NCBI RefSeq assembly: GCF_021028975.2
Contig: NC_059440.1
Location: forward strand, 30,628,001-30,692,000
DNA length: 64,000 bases
Direction: 5' to 3'
DNA from: Sphaerodactylus townsendi
Lineage: Eukaryota
In this document: positions 13,427-25,079 of the stretch, in pieces
Layout: each line of letters opens with the position of its first letter
Numbering within the stretch: position 1 is the first letter of the stretch
Notes under the pieces: model-generated
What the model was told of the DNA's origin: nothing
The model's database searches: none
What the model saw: only the letters and a program-made list of their open reading frames with translations
Made by a program: the position numbers and the translations under genes

Positions 13427-14249
13427 CTGACACCCCTCTCAGCGGAGTGGCTAAACAGTGACTATTTTGTGTGTGTTAACTGACTGGGAATCTGAACTCA
13501 AGACGACCACTGGGTTTCTCTGCTTGGGGATGGGGGACTAGCACTATCCAGTCATGCAGCTAGAAGGCCCTTTTGCCTTGAGGCTGGACCAGGTTTCTGC
13601 CCTGGAGGGATGTCTCAGACATCTTATGGCCAAACCCAAAAACCTTTCCTTTGCAAACAGACAGGCCCACGATCTGCCTCCCTGCCTTTTCTCCAGGATT
13701 CCTCCCATTGTGGGTAATCAATTTAAGCATCTTGCCCCAAAGATGCAGGGAGGACCAGGCCCCTGTTGGCTTTCCAGGGAGGGCAGAAGAGGCACTGAGT
13801 GTCTGCGGGGGGGGGGGGGGGGGGGGTTGTTGTTGATCAGAATGGCTGAAAGGAACCTTTAGGACGAGCCCATGAAGATAACCTCGCCAGCCCACAGGTG
13901 GGGCCTGGGCAGTCTCCAGGAATTACAACTGATCCCAGATGACCAGAATAAATTTCCCTTTACAAAATAGCTGTTTTGGATGGACACTGTGGCGTTATCC
14001 CAGGGGAGGCCCCTTCCAACCCCCAATCCTGGACTCCACTTTCACAATTTCCCAGAGTTGGGAGCTCCCAGTGAGCCACAGCTTGGGCCCTGGTGGCACC
14101 CAGCTTTCGGGAACGGTGCCCTGGAGTGGAGGAGTGCTGGGTGCCAGCCACGGAGGCTTCTGGGGTGCCTTCTCCCTGCCCCTGTGGTCTTGCCTCCGCT
14201 TAATCCAGACGCGGAGCCATCGCCTTCTCTCCCCTCCCCTTCCGCTTGG

Positions 14250-14440
14250 CAAACTTTTAATGTGGCGCAAGCTCGCCGTGAAGTGTCAGCAGGACTTAAT
14301 ATGTAGCACTAATTAAGAAATAAGTCTCTTGGCCAGTTCCACGGCAATCATTTAGCGGAGTTTACCAACCATGGTCGGCTGCCTCAAAAATCGCCATTAG
14401 CCCACGCTACTTACGGGCATAAAATTTCTTGTTTTCTGCT
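14250..14440. promoter_or_regulatory. Candidate intronic enhancer / conserved non-coding element
   Basis: Repeat-free and retains CpGs; contains ctaattaa, caatcattta, ccattag, cataaaa and tgtcag motifs. Confidence 0.45.
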
Positions 14441-15966
14441 TTTCATTGGCCTCACCCTGGATTCTTGGTTTTGCTTTATTTATAAATTTGCACTCAAACA
14501 ATGGCCATAAACCCATTCCTAGAGTGTTGCAAATCAGAAATTTGTCGACGTTTCTTTCTGCCACCTTCCAGGGGCGAGGCTGCTTTTCTGCTTGGGAACG
14601 GTGGGGTCCATCGCCAGCTGGGAAAGGGGGCTGCGGGTGCGGGGGGGGGGGTTAGCTGTGCTGGAGATTGATTGGGGGCTGTTGGAAGGCGGCTGGGGGG
14701 GAGGGGGGAGATGGAAAGCTCTGGCATGAAAGGGTGGTTTGTGGCTGCTATTGTGTGGAGCGACTGAATCAGATCTTGGGGGGCGGGGCTGAGGGTGCGG
14801 CGGGGGGGGGGGGAGACACTTGCACCAAATGGTTTTCGGCAACTTCAGGCACAGGAGCGCACGTGGAGCCGTTCGGGGGAAGGATGTTTCCAGATTTGTT
14901 TTTTTGCATTTGTCAGAATTAGTTCAGTGTTTTAAAGCTGGGATGTTTTCACAGGGATGTACCAGTTTATCAAGGCCAAATCTCCTGTCTGGTACCTGTT
15001 ACTGGTAAATTAAAGTTCCTAATTAGCCTTCTGGGGAGGTGGGGAATGCTCCTGTCTGCCCGTCCATTCTGGTGGCCTCTTCTCCAGGGTCTCCAGAAGC
15101 AAGTCTGCTGCTCTGTTTTACAGACTCGGTTTTAAACTACCTGTGCAAATTTCTCCCGTGTGCAGAGGTTCAAATCTTTATTTTTGCCCCATGTTTTGTT
15201 CCAAAATGTGCCAAATGTATCCCTTTACATCAAAAAGATTGGTTATTTTTTATTTTCTTTTGCATTGCAAGTGGAATCTGACATGTACATGACGTAAAAA
15301 TCATACAGTAATGTTGTAAAATTCTTAAACCAGTCAGGAATACCAGCAATGAAAATCTCCAAAATGAAATGGCTCATCTTTGTAAACAGAAAAAACTGGA
15401 GAAGTGTGTATTTTACATCATTAGGTAGTGCCCATCTTTTCTAAGGAGTTTCCTGTGCATTCCTGGCCTCTCCTCTTGGAGGGTCTTCCCATAAGGGTAG
15501 GGGCTGCTTCTAATTATTTACAGCCACTTTGAACCTTCTTTGAGTCTGAAGACCTGAGCTCTGACTCATGAAAGCTCATGCAGGGACAAATTGAGATAGT
15601 CCTTAAAGTGCCGCTGGACTCCAGCTTGAATTTGCTTTGCACCGGACTGTGGTGCTTAGTGGGCGGGGGGGGGGGGCAGACCTTAGTGGTGAACGGCTAC
15701 AGGTCTGGTCCTTGGCTTCTCCAGTCAAAAGAGCTCAGTCAACAGATACTGGGCATGTAAGGTGGCCAACTCTACCTTTGGAAATTCTGGAGCTTTGGAG
15801 GTGGAGCCTATTGCTCCAGAGGAACAGTGATCTCGTTTGGAGAGCAGTTGTAATTCTTGGAGAATGGTAACCCCATGGACATGACCTTTCTCTGCCTGGA
15901 GGGCCATTATCAATTGCAGGAGACAACAGGTGGATAATTTATCTAACCCTGCCTGAGGTCCTAGGC

Positions 15967-16206
15967 CAGGGATCCAGCAACCTTTACCACCCAAGGAGCC
16001 ATTTGGACCTGTTTTCCACGGCCCCGAAGATCTACCGAGCTGGAGAGGTGGCTCCCCATGGAGCCATGCCTCCAGTTTGGCCCCTCCACTCACCTTTCCT
16101 GGAGGGACACGCCCACGCTACCCTCCGACCTCCAGGCCAAGCGGAGCTGCAGTATAAGGCTGAAAGAGCCACATTTGGCTCTGGAGCCGCGGGTTGCAGA
16201 CCCCTG
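15967..16206. mobile_element. Non-autonomous hAT (Charlie-like) element
   Basis: Termini CAGGGATCCAGCAACC and GGTTGCAGACCCCTG; the 3' subterminal ggctctggagccgc is also seen at 31874-31916. Confidence 0.7.
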
Positions 16207-16538
16207 CCTTAACCCTAACCCTAACGTATTATTTTTATTTAATTTTTTCCAGTCATAAATTGTTCCCAAAATTGTTATAAAAACCCAAAACCTAAAACTG
16301 GCCATAGCCCTTTCCTCAGACTGTGCCCTAGAACTCAACGTAACACTAAGGCAAGCCCGAGCCCCTGCTGTTGCCTTAACCCTAACCCTAATTTATTATT
16401 TTTATTTAATTTTTTCAGTCACAAATTGTTCCCAAAATTGTAACAAAAACCTGAAACCTAAAACTGACCATAGCCCTATTCTCGGACTGCGCCCTTGAAC
16501 TCAACATAACACTAAGGCAAGCCCGAGCCCCTGCTTTT
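16206..16538. repeat. Two-unit tandem repeat (period about 167 bp), each unit starting with telomere-like (CCCTAA)
   Basis: Units 16206-16372 and 16373-16538 align throughout; both start gccttaaccctaaccctaa. Confidence 0.9.
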
Positions 16539-16773
16539 GCCTAGCCCTTTTAATGGGTTATTTTCCACAGGGCGGAAAAAGAGTCTCTGATGACCAAGAG
16601 AGCCTGGACCCATTTCTGGGTTTGAGGATCTGGTGATCGTCAGCTGATTGACTCACACTGTTTAGTCTTGCCCCAGAGTTTTGGAGGGTTCTGTTTTTCA
16701 TTAAAAGTTGCCATTTGGGCAGTCAGGAAAAAGTTTGTCAATCTTGGCTGCAGTAAGTGGCCAGCGTGTGGCG

Positions 16774-16983
16774 TAGGGTTGCAAACCTTCGGGAAGTGGT
16801 TGGAGACCTCCTGGATCTCCAGGAGACAGAGATCCATTCCCCCTGAGAAGATAATGGCTTTGGAAGGTGGAGTTTATGGCATTATACTTCATTGATGTCC
16901 CTCCCCTACCCAAATTCTGCCCTCCTTAGGCTCCGCCCCCCCAAATCTTCAGGTCTTTCCCAGCCCAGAGGCTGGCAACCCTA
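16774..16983. mobile_element. Abundant ~210-bp MITE with TAGGGTTGCCA-type TIRs (hAT-Blackjack-like)
   Basis: TAGGGTTGCAA ... TGGCAACCCTA. Decayed relatives near 1-180, 1130-1410, 13880-14070, 15760-15870, 21740-21890 and 39543-39640. Confidence 0.75.
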
Positions 16984-17494
16984 TTATGGCTGCTCTTGCA
17001 GTCTTTGGAAAGCTGGTTCTTCAGAACACTGCCCCTCTGTTGACTCTGCCTCCAGAATCCCCACTTGAGCCCATCAACGGCAAGGTCTCCAGTCTTGGTC
17101 TTGATTGATCCATGACACTGATGCCCATCCTTCATCCCAGACCTCACCTTGTGGGTCCTTTAGACATCTCTTTGAGACCTGGAACTTTCTCTCTGGTCCC
17201 TTTGCTTGTTCAGAAATGAAAATCCATCTTGGGGCTTGCCAGGGCATGTGTGCTAAAGAACCCAGAAAAGTTCATCTGTTCATTGTCACATTATGGCTAG
17301 CAAATGCTCTCAGTTGGCAAAGGAATTTCCTAGTGCATGGATGGAAGTTGTGGATTGACTCTGAGTTTCTCACCTTGAGACGCACACAATGGTTTTGGTA
17401 GGATCGGCGATGTTTGACAGTTGCTTTTATGTTTTGTTTTTACATCAGTTTGGCTTAACATTTTTTGTGATATAGGCTACAACGGATAAACATA

Positions 17495-17725
17495 CCGTGT
17501 TTCCCCGAAAATAAGACAGTGTCTTATATTAATGTTTGCTCCCAAAGATACGCTATGTCTTGTTTTCAGGGGATGTCTTATTTTTCTGTGTTCTGTTCGT
17601 CGGGCATGCTTCCAAACAAAAACTTTGCCACGTCTTACTTTCGGGGGATGCCTTATATTTCGCACTTCAGCAAAACCTCTACTACGTCTTATTTTCAGGA
17701 GATGTCTTATATTCAGGGAAACAGT
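17495..17725. mobile_element. Tc1/mariner-superfamily (Tc2-like) MITE
   Basis: ta|CCGTGTTTCCCCGAAAATAAGAC ... GTCTTATATTCAGGGAAACAG with flanking TA; internal reiterations of the gtcttattttc.ggg subterminal motif. Confidence 0.8.
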
Positions 17726-17867
17726 TATTTAAACTGCACCTTAACTGTAAGGCGTCTTTGCCTTGAAGATGTATTCCATCTAAATTTTCCCATCCCTTCA
17801 ATGGGAGGGAAATAGGAAAGCACGCACAGGTGGATGATGCCCTTCAGTGGTTTTGCAACATTAAATC

Positions 17868-18005
17868 TGTTGTCGAAAGCTTTCACGGCCAGAATCACTG
17901 GAATGTTGTGGGGTCCAGAGGATCTTAAGATGCCAGCCACAGATGCAGGCGAAACATCAGGAAAAAATGCTACTGGAACACGGTCAGACAGCCCAGAAAC
18001 CCCAC
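17868..18005. mobile_element. Penelope-like element terminal fragments in inverted arrangement
   Basis: tgttgtcgaaagctttcacggccagaatcactgg (reverse end) next to aagatgccagccacagatgcaggcgaaacatcagg...cagcccagaaacccc, which matches the lizard Penelope pLTR sequence as recalled. Confidence 0.7.
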
Positions 18006-18489
18006 TCCAGTTTCCCCATTTTGTTTGTTGGTTTTCTGCTATTTTTGTACTGTTGTGTCACAGGTTGCAAGTAGATTTTACTGTTTCACTGAAAGTGGCT
18101 GGATAGGGCATTACTCAGCCTGTGAGAGCCCCTCTTTTGGGCGAGAGACAGAATTGAAGCTGGGGTTTTGGACAGGAGAGTTTTCAGTGTGGCACTGCTA
18201 CCCCCAGAGCTCTGCACCGTAATTACTGCTCAGCCACGTTTTGCAAACCTCCTGGAGAGGAGTAGAAGACCAGCTAGGCAGACCCTTGTGAAGGCATCAG
18301 CTGTTTACCATGCTGGGCTTCTGCTGCGGCTGGCAGCATCTCCCTTTTGCCTTCATTTCTCAGCTAGTTAGCTGCCTTCTTTCCCCCATTCCTTGACTTT
18401 TCTGCTCAGGCCTCCTCCTCCTCCTCCTCCTTTTCCTCCTTCCTCCTTCTTCCTTTTCTTCTCCCCCTCCTCCCCCAAAACACCACCAC

Positions 18490-18770
18490 TTTCAAGTGGA
18501 GCGCCTTTTCTGGGCAGTTGAAGGAGATTTTAATATTCAGGCCGCACCTTCCGCAAGAGCTGTGGCGAGGAGCTGACGTGCCGGAGTTTATTGATATCGC
18601 TTTGGCCTGTCAGCTGCACATTCAGCTATTTAATGGCCCCCTAAGGTGCCTGTCCGGGCTGTTCTAAAGACAGTGGCACCAAAAAAAAATGCCCTTTTCC
18701 CCGTTTTGTCCAAGGTGAGACAATGTGTCCTGGTGCAACAGATGACAGAATTGATAAAGGGCCCGACGAC
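18490..18770. promoter_or_regulatory. Candidate intronic enhancer / conserved non-coding element
   Basis: Repeat-free and retains CpGs; contains tttattgat, ctgtcagctg (TGACAG plus E-box), tttaatgg, acaatg and tgacag. Confidence 0.45.
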
Positions 18771-19224
18771 ACAGGGATATCGTTCTTTTCACTCCTGGCT
18801 CCAATTCTTCTTTCTGTCACTTCCATTCTCTTCTCCCTCTCTTTTGCTTTCTTTTCAGGGATGAGGAGAGGGTGGCCAAGTCGGGCCAGGGGGTTCAATT
18901 TCAGGCGACTGTCACACTACTTGGGGGGGGGGGTGAGGGGGGAGGGAACCCCAGGCCGGTTTCTGAAGACCTTTTCAAGGGCATCTCAGGCTTGCTGTTG
19001 GCCAACGCGGAGCGTGATTGGAGGGCACCCTTTTGCTAGTGGCTTACTTTCATTCTCTTGGTCATGTGCTTCTTCAGTGGGGGGGCATGATGGGAGCGGG
19101 AGGGGAAATGAGGTGCAGAGGGGTGGAAGGATGGAGCCACGCCACCACAAAGATGGGGGGGGGGGAGGTCAGTACTTCCAAGAGAAAGAGAAGGGAAGAA
19201 AGGAGGACCCAGCTGGGTCATTGT

Positions 19225-19445
19225 TAGGGTGCAAGGTCCATGTTGGGAAACCCCTGGAGATTTGGGGGTGAAGCGTGGGGAGGACTGGGTTTGGGGAGGG
19301 GAAAGGCCTCACCGAGCACAACGCTATAGAGCCCCCCCCCCCCTCCAAAGCAGCCATCTCCTCCAGGGGAAGCGTTCCCTGTTGTCTGGAGATAAGCTGT
19401 CGTCCTTTGCTCTCTCCAGGTCCCGCCTGAAGGTTGGCAAGCCTA
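19225..19445. mobile_element. TAGGGTTGCCA-family MITE copy
   Basis: tagggtgcaa ... ttggcaagccta; reverse orientation relative to the 16774 copy. Confidence 0.7.
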
Positions 19446-20439
19446 GTAGTTGTAGTGGTGTTTGGAGTGTTGTACCAGGCCTGGGTGTGTTGGGGGTTCA
19501 AGCCCCCACGTGGCCATGAAGTTTCCTGGGTGCCTTTGGGCCAGTCACCTCGCCTCTGCTTCAGCTGTTTTATGCCGTTCTTGTGAAGATGAAACGGAAG
19601 AGGGGGAAGAGTAGCAGCGCCCCAGTTTCTTTGGAGGAAGGGCAGAGGGGAGGGGTGTGGGGGCGATTCTCTGCCCCCCACGTGACCCGCTGGCATGTGC
19701 CCAGGGACATGTGACCGCATATGTCCCCTTGAGCACTCTGCCTCTGCCCTGCCCTGGTCCTCCTGTTCCTATACCTCAGGAAGATGGTCTGGCCACTGTT
19801 AGCCCCATTCCTGTGCTGGAGTTCTTTCCACCTTTATTATTGCAACGTGGGTCTGTCAGTGCGACAACGCAGTGCTTAGAGCCCTGAACCGAGGCCGGGG
19901 CAGACTCATGCCCCCAGTTGGCCAGGTAGGCAGGGGCTGCTGCAAAGATAGCACGATACTCAGAACCAGTCATAGAGATCTAGATTCCAGTCTGGCAGCT
20001 CCTTGCAAATCGACATTTGGGGGGTTAGAAGCTGTCCAGCATTAAGGACCCCTTTATCAGCTACCCCCTGGAAATCTTGGGGGTCTCTGTCCATCTTGCT
20101 CCTGCACTCACAGCTGGCTTTTTTACTGCAGGCCAACACGAAATATTCATCTGAAATAAATAAATGTAGTTTTAAGAAACCCCCCAAATGCTTTTCTGTG
20201 CTCTGTGGCATTCTTTCCAATGGCAAACCACCTCTGCCTAACGATTGACCTTGAAAGCCACTGGCTGGCTGGGGTCACTGTAAATCAGCTGGGACTGTGG
20301 GGGTGGGAGGCCTCTCCTCCACCCCACCCCCACTCCCAGCCCAGCCCCCAACCAGTTCTTTGCTTGGATCGTGGCCCCTGCTTCTAGCCAGATTTCCAAA
20401 CTGTAGCACCCACCCTGGAAAAGATGGGTTTGGTTACAG

Positions 20440-20725
20440 CTGACCAGTTCAGTGCTGAGCCGAGCAAGAACGGGGAGGGGGGAAGAGAGGGGGGGGAGAG
20501 AAAAGGCGACCCCCCCCCTCCCCTGGCCGTGCGCGGCTGAAGAGGCCGGTCCCCAGCTGAGCTGAAAATGACTTTTTCATTTGGCGAGCCCGGCTGCCTC
20601 TTTGCCCTCCGCGGCCGACGCGCTTTTCATTCAGCTCCGGCCGAGGGACTCGATTAAAACGCCGAGCCGCGGTCCCGCCAGCCTGTGTTCTGCTCCGGCC
20701 TCCGCGCCGCCGAACCTGAAACTAT
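20440..20725. promoter_or_regulatory. Small CpG-rich island / candidate regulatory element
   Basis: Dense CpGs (gcggccgacgcg, cgccgagccgcgg, ccgcgccgccg) against a CpG-poor background. Confidence 0.45.
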
Positions 20726-22094
20726 GTTAAAGGGCGAGGGGGGGGGGGACTTTTTTTTGGGGGGGGGAGGTTGAATGGACAGGTTGAGAGAAGAGCCCCC
20801 GAAATGGATCGCAGGCTCTCTGGGGCTGGATTTTCAGTAGTGGGGGGAGAGGAGTCTTGTTCGTTGCTTCGGAGTATTGGGGGGGGGGGGGGGCTTGCCA
20901 GCTAAACAAACTGCTTTTTGGCGCGGGGGGGGGGGGGGGGCGCATTATTCTGTAGCAATCTTATTTCATCCCCCTGTCCCTGGTGCCTTTCTCATTTAGG
21001 ATCCAACACTCCTTCAGACTGTCTCAAAGGAAAATGGTGTGTGTGTGTGAGAGAGACATGGGGGGGGGGGGGGGAATAGAGGGCTGTTTTTTTTAAAGTA
21101 ATCCTTTTGGCTCCTGTAGCTGCTGCCACCTTCTTCTTCGTCTGATTTAAGAAGACTTCTTTGCATTTTGATGGATTTCACAGTCTCTCCGTCCCACGCT
21201 TTCCACCAAACAGAATGTCAGAAGGGGAGGGGGTGTCAGAAGCGCTTCTCTAGAAGGGTGGAGGAGGAGCTTGGGTCGAGGGGGGGGGGGTTCCCTCACT
21301 TTTTAAATGTGTGTATATATATCTCAAATGTTATTGTTATTGTTGACTTTCTGGGAAATTTTCTGATCCTGCAAGGAAGCAGAAGCATAGAATTTCGAAG
21401 CCACACCCAAACCTGATATTGGAAAGGAAAGCAGGTGGACAGGGACCAATGGTCCCCACCCCCCTGCTCATGGAATCGGGCTGTCCATGGGCCACTGTGA
21501 TCTGAAGGGTCCCATAAAGAGTCTAAGACATTTGACTAGTGATATTGTCCAACTTTGACACTCTGCACGTGCAAGTGTGTCTTGGCACCCACCGTTGCCT
21601 TCAAGCCCTGCAACCCAAGCCCTACAGATGTGGTGTGGCACGGCTGGTTTATGGTGTTTGGCAACTCCAAGCAAGGGACACCAGCCCAACCATACGCCAG
21701 ACTTTCAGGAATGACCACCGATTATAACTCAAGACTACGAAGGTCAGTTCCTCTCAGGAAAACAGCTGCTTTGCAAGGCGGGCTCCCTGGGGCTCTACTG
21801 TCTGAGGCTGAGGTCCCTGCCCTCTGCAAACCCTACAGCCCCACGCTCTCCGGTTTCCAGGAATCTCCCAGTCCTGAGTTGGCAACTCTTCTGGGCCCGC
21901 ATGACCACTTGTTCAGGTCAAGTTTGTCCACACGTGGCTGGGGGGGGGGCGGGAGTTGAGCCCCTGTGGAGCTCTTCATCGGGTTGCCCCAAACAGTCAG
22001 GTTGGCAGTTTCTGTGGGTCACCTAAACCCACAGAAGTGTCTAAAACAGGGGTCGTCCTGTACATCAGGGCCTTGTGCCGTTAAGAGTCTAAGG

Positions 22095-22226
22095 CGCAGG
22101 TGTCAAACTCGCGGCCCTCCAGATGTCATGGACTACAGTTCCCATCATCCCCTGCCAGCATGATGCTGGGTAGGGGATGATAAACCGCCTCAGGCTATTT
22201 CCAGGGCCGCGAGTTTGACACCTATG
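22095..22226. mobile_element. Palindromic hAT MITE (C.CAGGTGTCAAAC terminus) with corrupted right arm
   Basis: TIRs present; TSD gtctaagg/gtccaagg. Confidence 0.85.
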
Positions 22227-22336
22227 GTCCAAGGCTTACAGCTAGATGACCTCAACCCAAACTTCAGCCTTAAGATTGTCAGAAGAGTCCAAGGAGATCA
22301 AGGGTCCATTAGACCAGCATTCCAACAGCAGCCAAT

Positions 22337-22556
22337 AAAGTTGCCAACTGAGGTTGGGAAATTCCTGGAGGGTTTGGGGGGCTGAGCCTGAGGAGAGGGG
22401 GTTTTGGGGAGGGGGAGGTGCTCAGCAGGGTATAATGCCATAGACCCCTCCCTCTACAGCAGCTTATTTTTTCTGAAACCATCTCGTCTGTAGCCAGATG
22501 AAGCGCTGTGGCCTCCACAGCCTTCCAGGGCCCCAATCTGGATATTGGCAACCCTA
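22337..22556. mobile_element. TAGGGTTGCCA-family MITE copy
   Basis: aagttgccaac ... ttggcaacccta with the family's internal sequence. Confidence 0.7.
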
Positions 22557-23368
22557 GTAGCTAACGAGGAGCGCCTCTCCTTTATTCCCTGTGATAGGGG
22601 ACATGTAGTATAGCTCCCCCCCCCCAGTTGCTCTTTGAGGTATTGTCTTCGAACATGGTAGCCCTCTTTGGGTTGTCAGAAGGTAGCAGCTGTCGAAACC
22701 GATTAGCTGATCCTGCTCCGTGTGTTTGTCAAGCTCTTTTCCGAGAGCCACCAAAACGAACAGCTCTTGCCGCGAGCAGCAGCAGCAGCAGCAGCAGCTC
22801 TGATTTCCACAATTAGATTATACCTCGTGCATTTTTTTTTGTCTCCGTCCTGAATCTACGAGGCTTGAGGAAAATGCAGAAGAAATCAAGGGCTGCGTTT
22901 TCAAAGTTGGCAAGCGATTCCTCCGGATTCTGTCAGCCTCCCATCAAAGAGCTTTGCAAAAAAGGCTTCGCTGGGATTCTCACCAGGCTCTTGGGGTTTT
23001 TTTAATGATGGTCCAGGGATGGTAACCTAGGGAAACTTAGAGGGGGGGGTGCTGGTACATAGAAGCAGAGAACCACCTTAAAGATGGGCTTAGCACTCTC
23101 CCCCCCTTCCAAAATTTTACAAAAGCCATACATGTTGGCAATCTCCTCTTAGCCGAATGCGTCTCCATGCCTGTTGGTGGGAGTAAATCCTTCCAGACAA
23201 TGGCCAAGGTGTGCTTGAGGGAGAAGTATTGCAAGGGGCCCTCAGTGCGCCTCAAGGGTTCCAGCCGAGCTGGAGGGTCTGGCTGTGGCCAATTCCTACC
23301 TAATCCTGTTGATTAATTTAAGTTTAAGGCCTCAAGAGGCTCCCTGAAGTGATCAGAGGGAGGGATAG

Positions 23369-23600
23369 NNNNNNNNNNNNNNNNNNNNNNNNNNNNNNNN
23401 NNNNNNNNNNNNNNNNNNNNNNNNNNNNNNNNNNNNNNNNNNNNNNNNNNNNNNNNNNNNNNNNNNNNNNNNNNNNNNNNNNNNNNNNNNNNNNNNNNNN
23501 NNNNNNNNNNNNNNNNNNNNNNNNNNNNNNNNNNNNNNNNNNNNNNNNNNNNNNNNNNNNNNNNNNNNNNNNNNNNNNNNNNNNNNNNNNNNNNNNNNNN
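23369..23600. other. Assembly gap
   Basis: Run of N. Confidence 1.
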
Positions 23601-24879
23601 TTCGCATAGATGCTGGGTAGCAAGGCATGATGGCACTCCTTCGCAGACTGGGTTGAAGGTAGACATATTTGGGGACTACTGGCCAGTTTCTGCTGTGACC
23701 CCTCATGCTTGTTGGCTGTGAGTCCTTTTGTGGAGGTGGACCTTGGTCTGCTTGAGCCATCTTATGTTTGGGAGCAAGAGTGCAGACCTGGGATTAGTTA
23801 TGCCTTCAGGCACCCTTGCCACAAAACCGCAAAATGAAAACACTGTGCAATTGTTGCCGTACCAAAAATACTCCTCTGACATCTGCAACCATTTGCACAA
23901 GGCTTTGCTGCCCTGAATGAGGTCCTTGCAGCAGCCAAGATGGCAGTTCTCTGACTCTGGGGGAAGGAAAGTGTGACAGCAAAGGAAAGGGGGGGTTCCT
24001 GGTCCCCCCCCCCCCAGGGCTCAGGTTCTCTGGCTGCTGTGAGCTCCTGTTGACTCTTCTCTCTGCCTCAAATTCTCCTCCACCCTCCCTCATCCCGTCC
24101 CACTTTGGCTGGCATCTTCCTCCTTCGCCGCACAAGAATGCAGCCAACGGGCCTCACCGCTAATGCGCTTCCACGCGCTGGGCTGCTCCTTCCTCTCCCT
24201 GCCCCTGGAGGTATCTCCGCTCTGTGCACACCTCTGTGGTCACATCAAAGCACAGGACAGGTGAGCCCCCTCCAGCCATCACTGAGGGGTCCCAGTCCAG
24301 TTTTTGTTGCTGTTCCTGGAATGAAATTGAACAGGTTGCTGGACTTTAGGGGCTGGAGCTTCTGCCACAGAGATACAGGAGCAGAGCAGCATTGCTCTTT
24401 ATGCCCAGGAGCCATACCTCCCCGGGGGAGGGGCTGCAGGGCTCAGTGGCAGAGCACACGGCCCCAGGTTTGATCCCCTGGCATTTTCCATTACAGGCAG
24501 CAGTTCCTGAGAGAGGCCTTGGAGAACTGCTGCCTAAGTCAGAAGTAGGCTGAAATTAGCCACCAACAGTTGCAATTCTAGTGGTGGCAGTGGTTAGTCC
24601 TGAGGTACCTTTTAAGTATCTGTATTCAAAATGTCATTTCAGGCAGAGGCCGTGTGCCATGGGGGGGGGGGGGGAGACAGAGGAAGGCCCTGTTGGGAAC
24701 CCCTGCTCCCCCAAATCCATGTGTTAGAAGCAGGGACAGCCCTTTGGAAGGTTCCAGTAGGGCGGGAACCTTCATGTTCAGATGCAGTCTACCAGTTGCT
24801 TGTAAAAACACTCAGGGGGCAGCTCTTCTCTGTTCCCCATGCCCAAGCATCCACATTTGTCTCTCTTTGTCCTCAACAG

Positions 24880-25079
24880 GTAACCGGCTGGACGAAGGCT
24901 CCGACGTGGAATCCGAGCCAGACCTGCCGCTGAAGCGTAAGCAGCGCCGCAGCCGGACCACCTTCACCGCAGAGCAGCTGGAGGAGCTGGAGAAAGCCTT
25001 TGAGAGGACTCATTACCCGGACATCTACACTCGAGAGGAACTAGCCCAGAGGACCAAACTCACCGAGGCCCGAGTCCAG
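24880..25079 (+). CDS. PAX7: PAX7 coding exon (human exon 5 equivalent): linker plus homeodomain helices 1-2 and start of helix 3
   Basis: Acceptor ctctctttgtcctcaacAG and donor CAG|gtgaga; 200 bp. Encodes (G)[66 protein letters not shown]. The residues [15 protein letters not shown] and RTKL fit PAX7 rather than PAX3 (DIDS, ERAF, RAKL). Confidence 0.97.

Larger units (their letters stand above)
1..24879 (+). other. PAX7: 3' part of the long PAX7 intron upstream of the homeobox exons (intron 4 equivalent)
   Basis: Ends at the exon-5 acceptor; no paired-domain or octapeptide exon found upstream within the window. Confidence 0.8.

Noticed and set aside
16210-16224. True interstitial telomere or chromosome fusion site
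   Set aside because: Only about 2.5 perfect hexamers per unit and no head-to-head arrays; reported instead as a satellite-like dimer.
17495-17725. CRISPR-like spaced repeats (gtcttattttc.ggg)
   Set aside because: Eukaryotic context; these are subterminal reiterations inside a TIR element.
23313-23760. ORFs containing X runs (also near 29.9 kb, 56.9 kb and 61.9 kb)
   Set aside because: Produced by N gaps.
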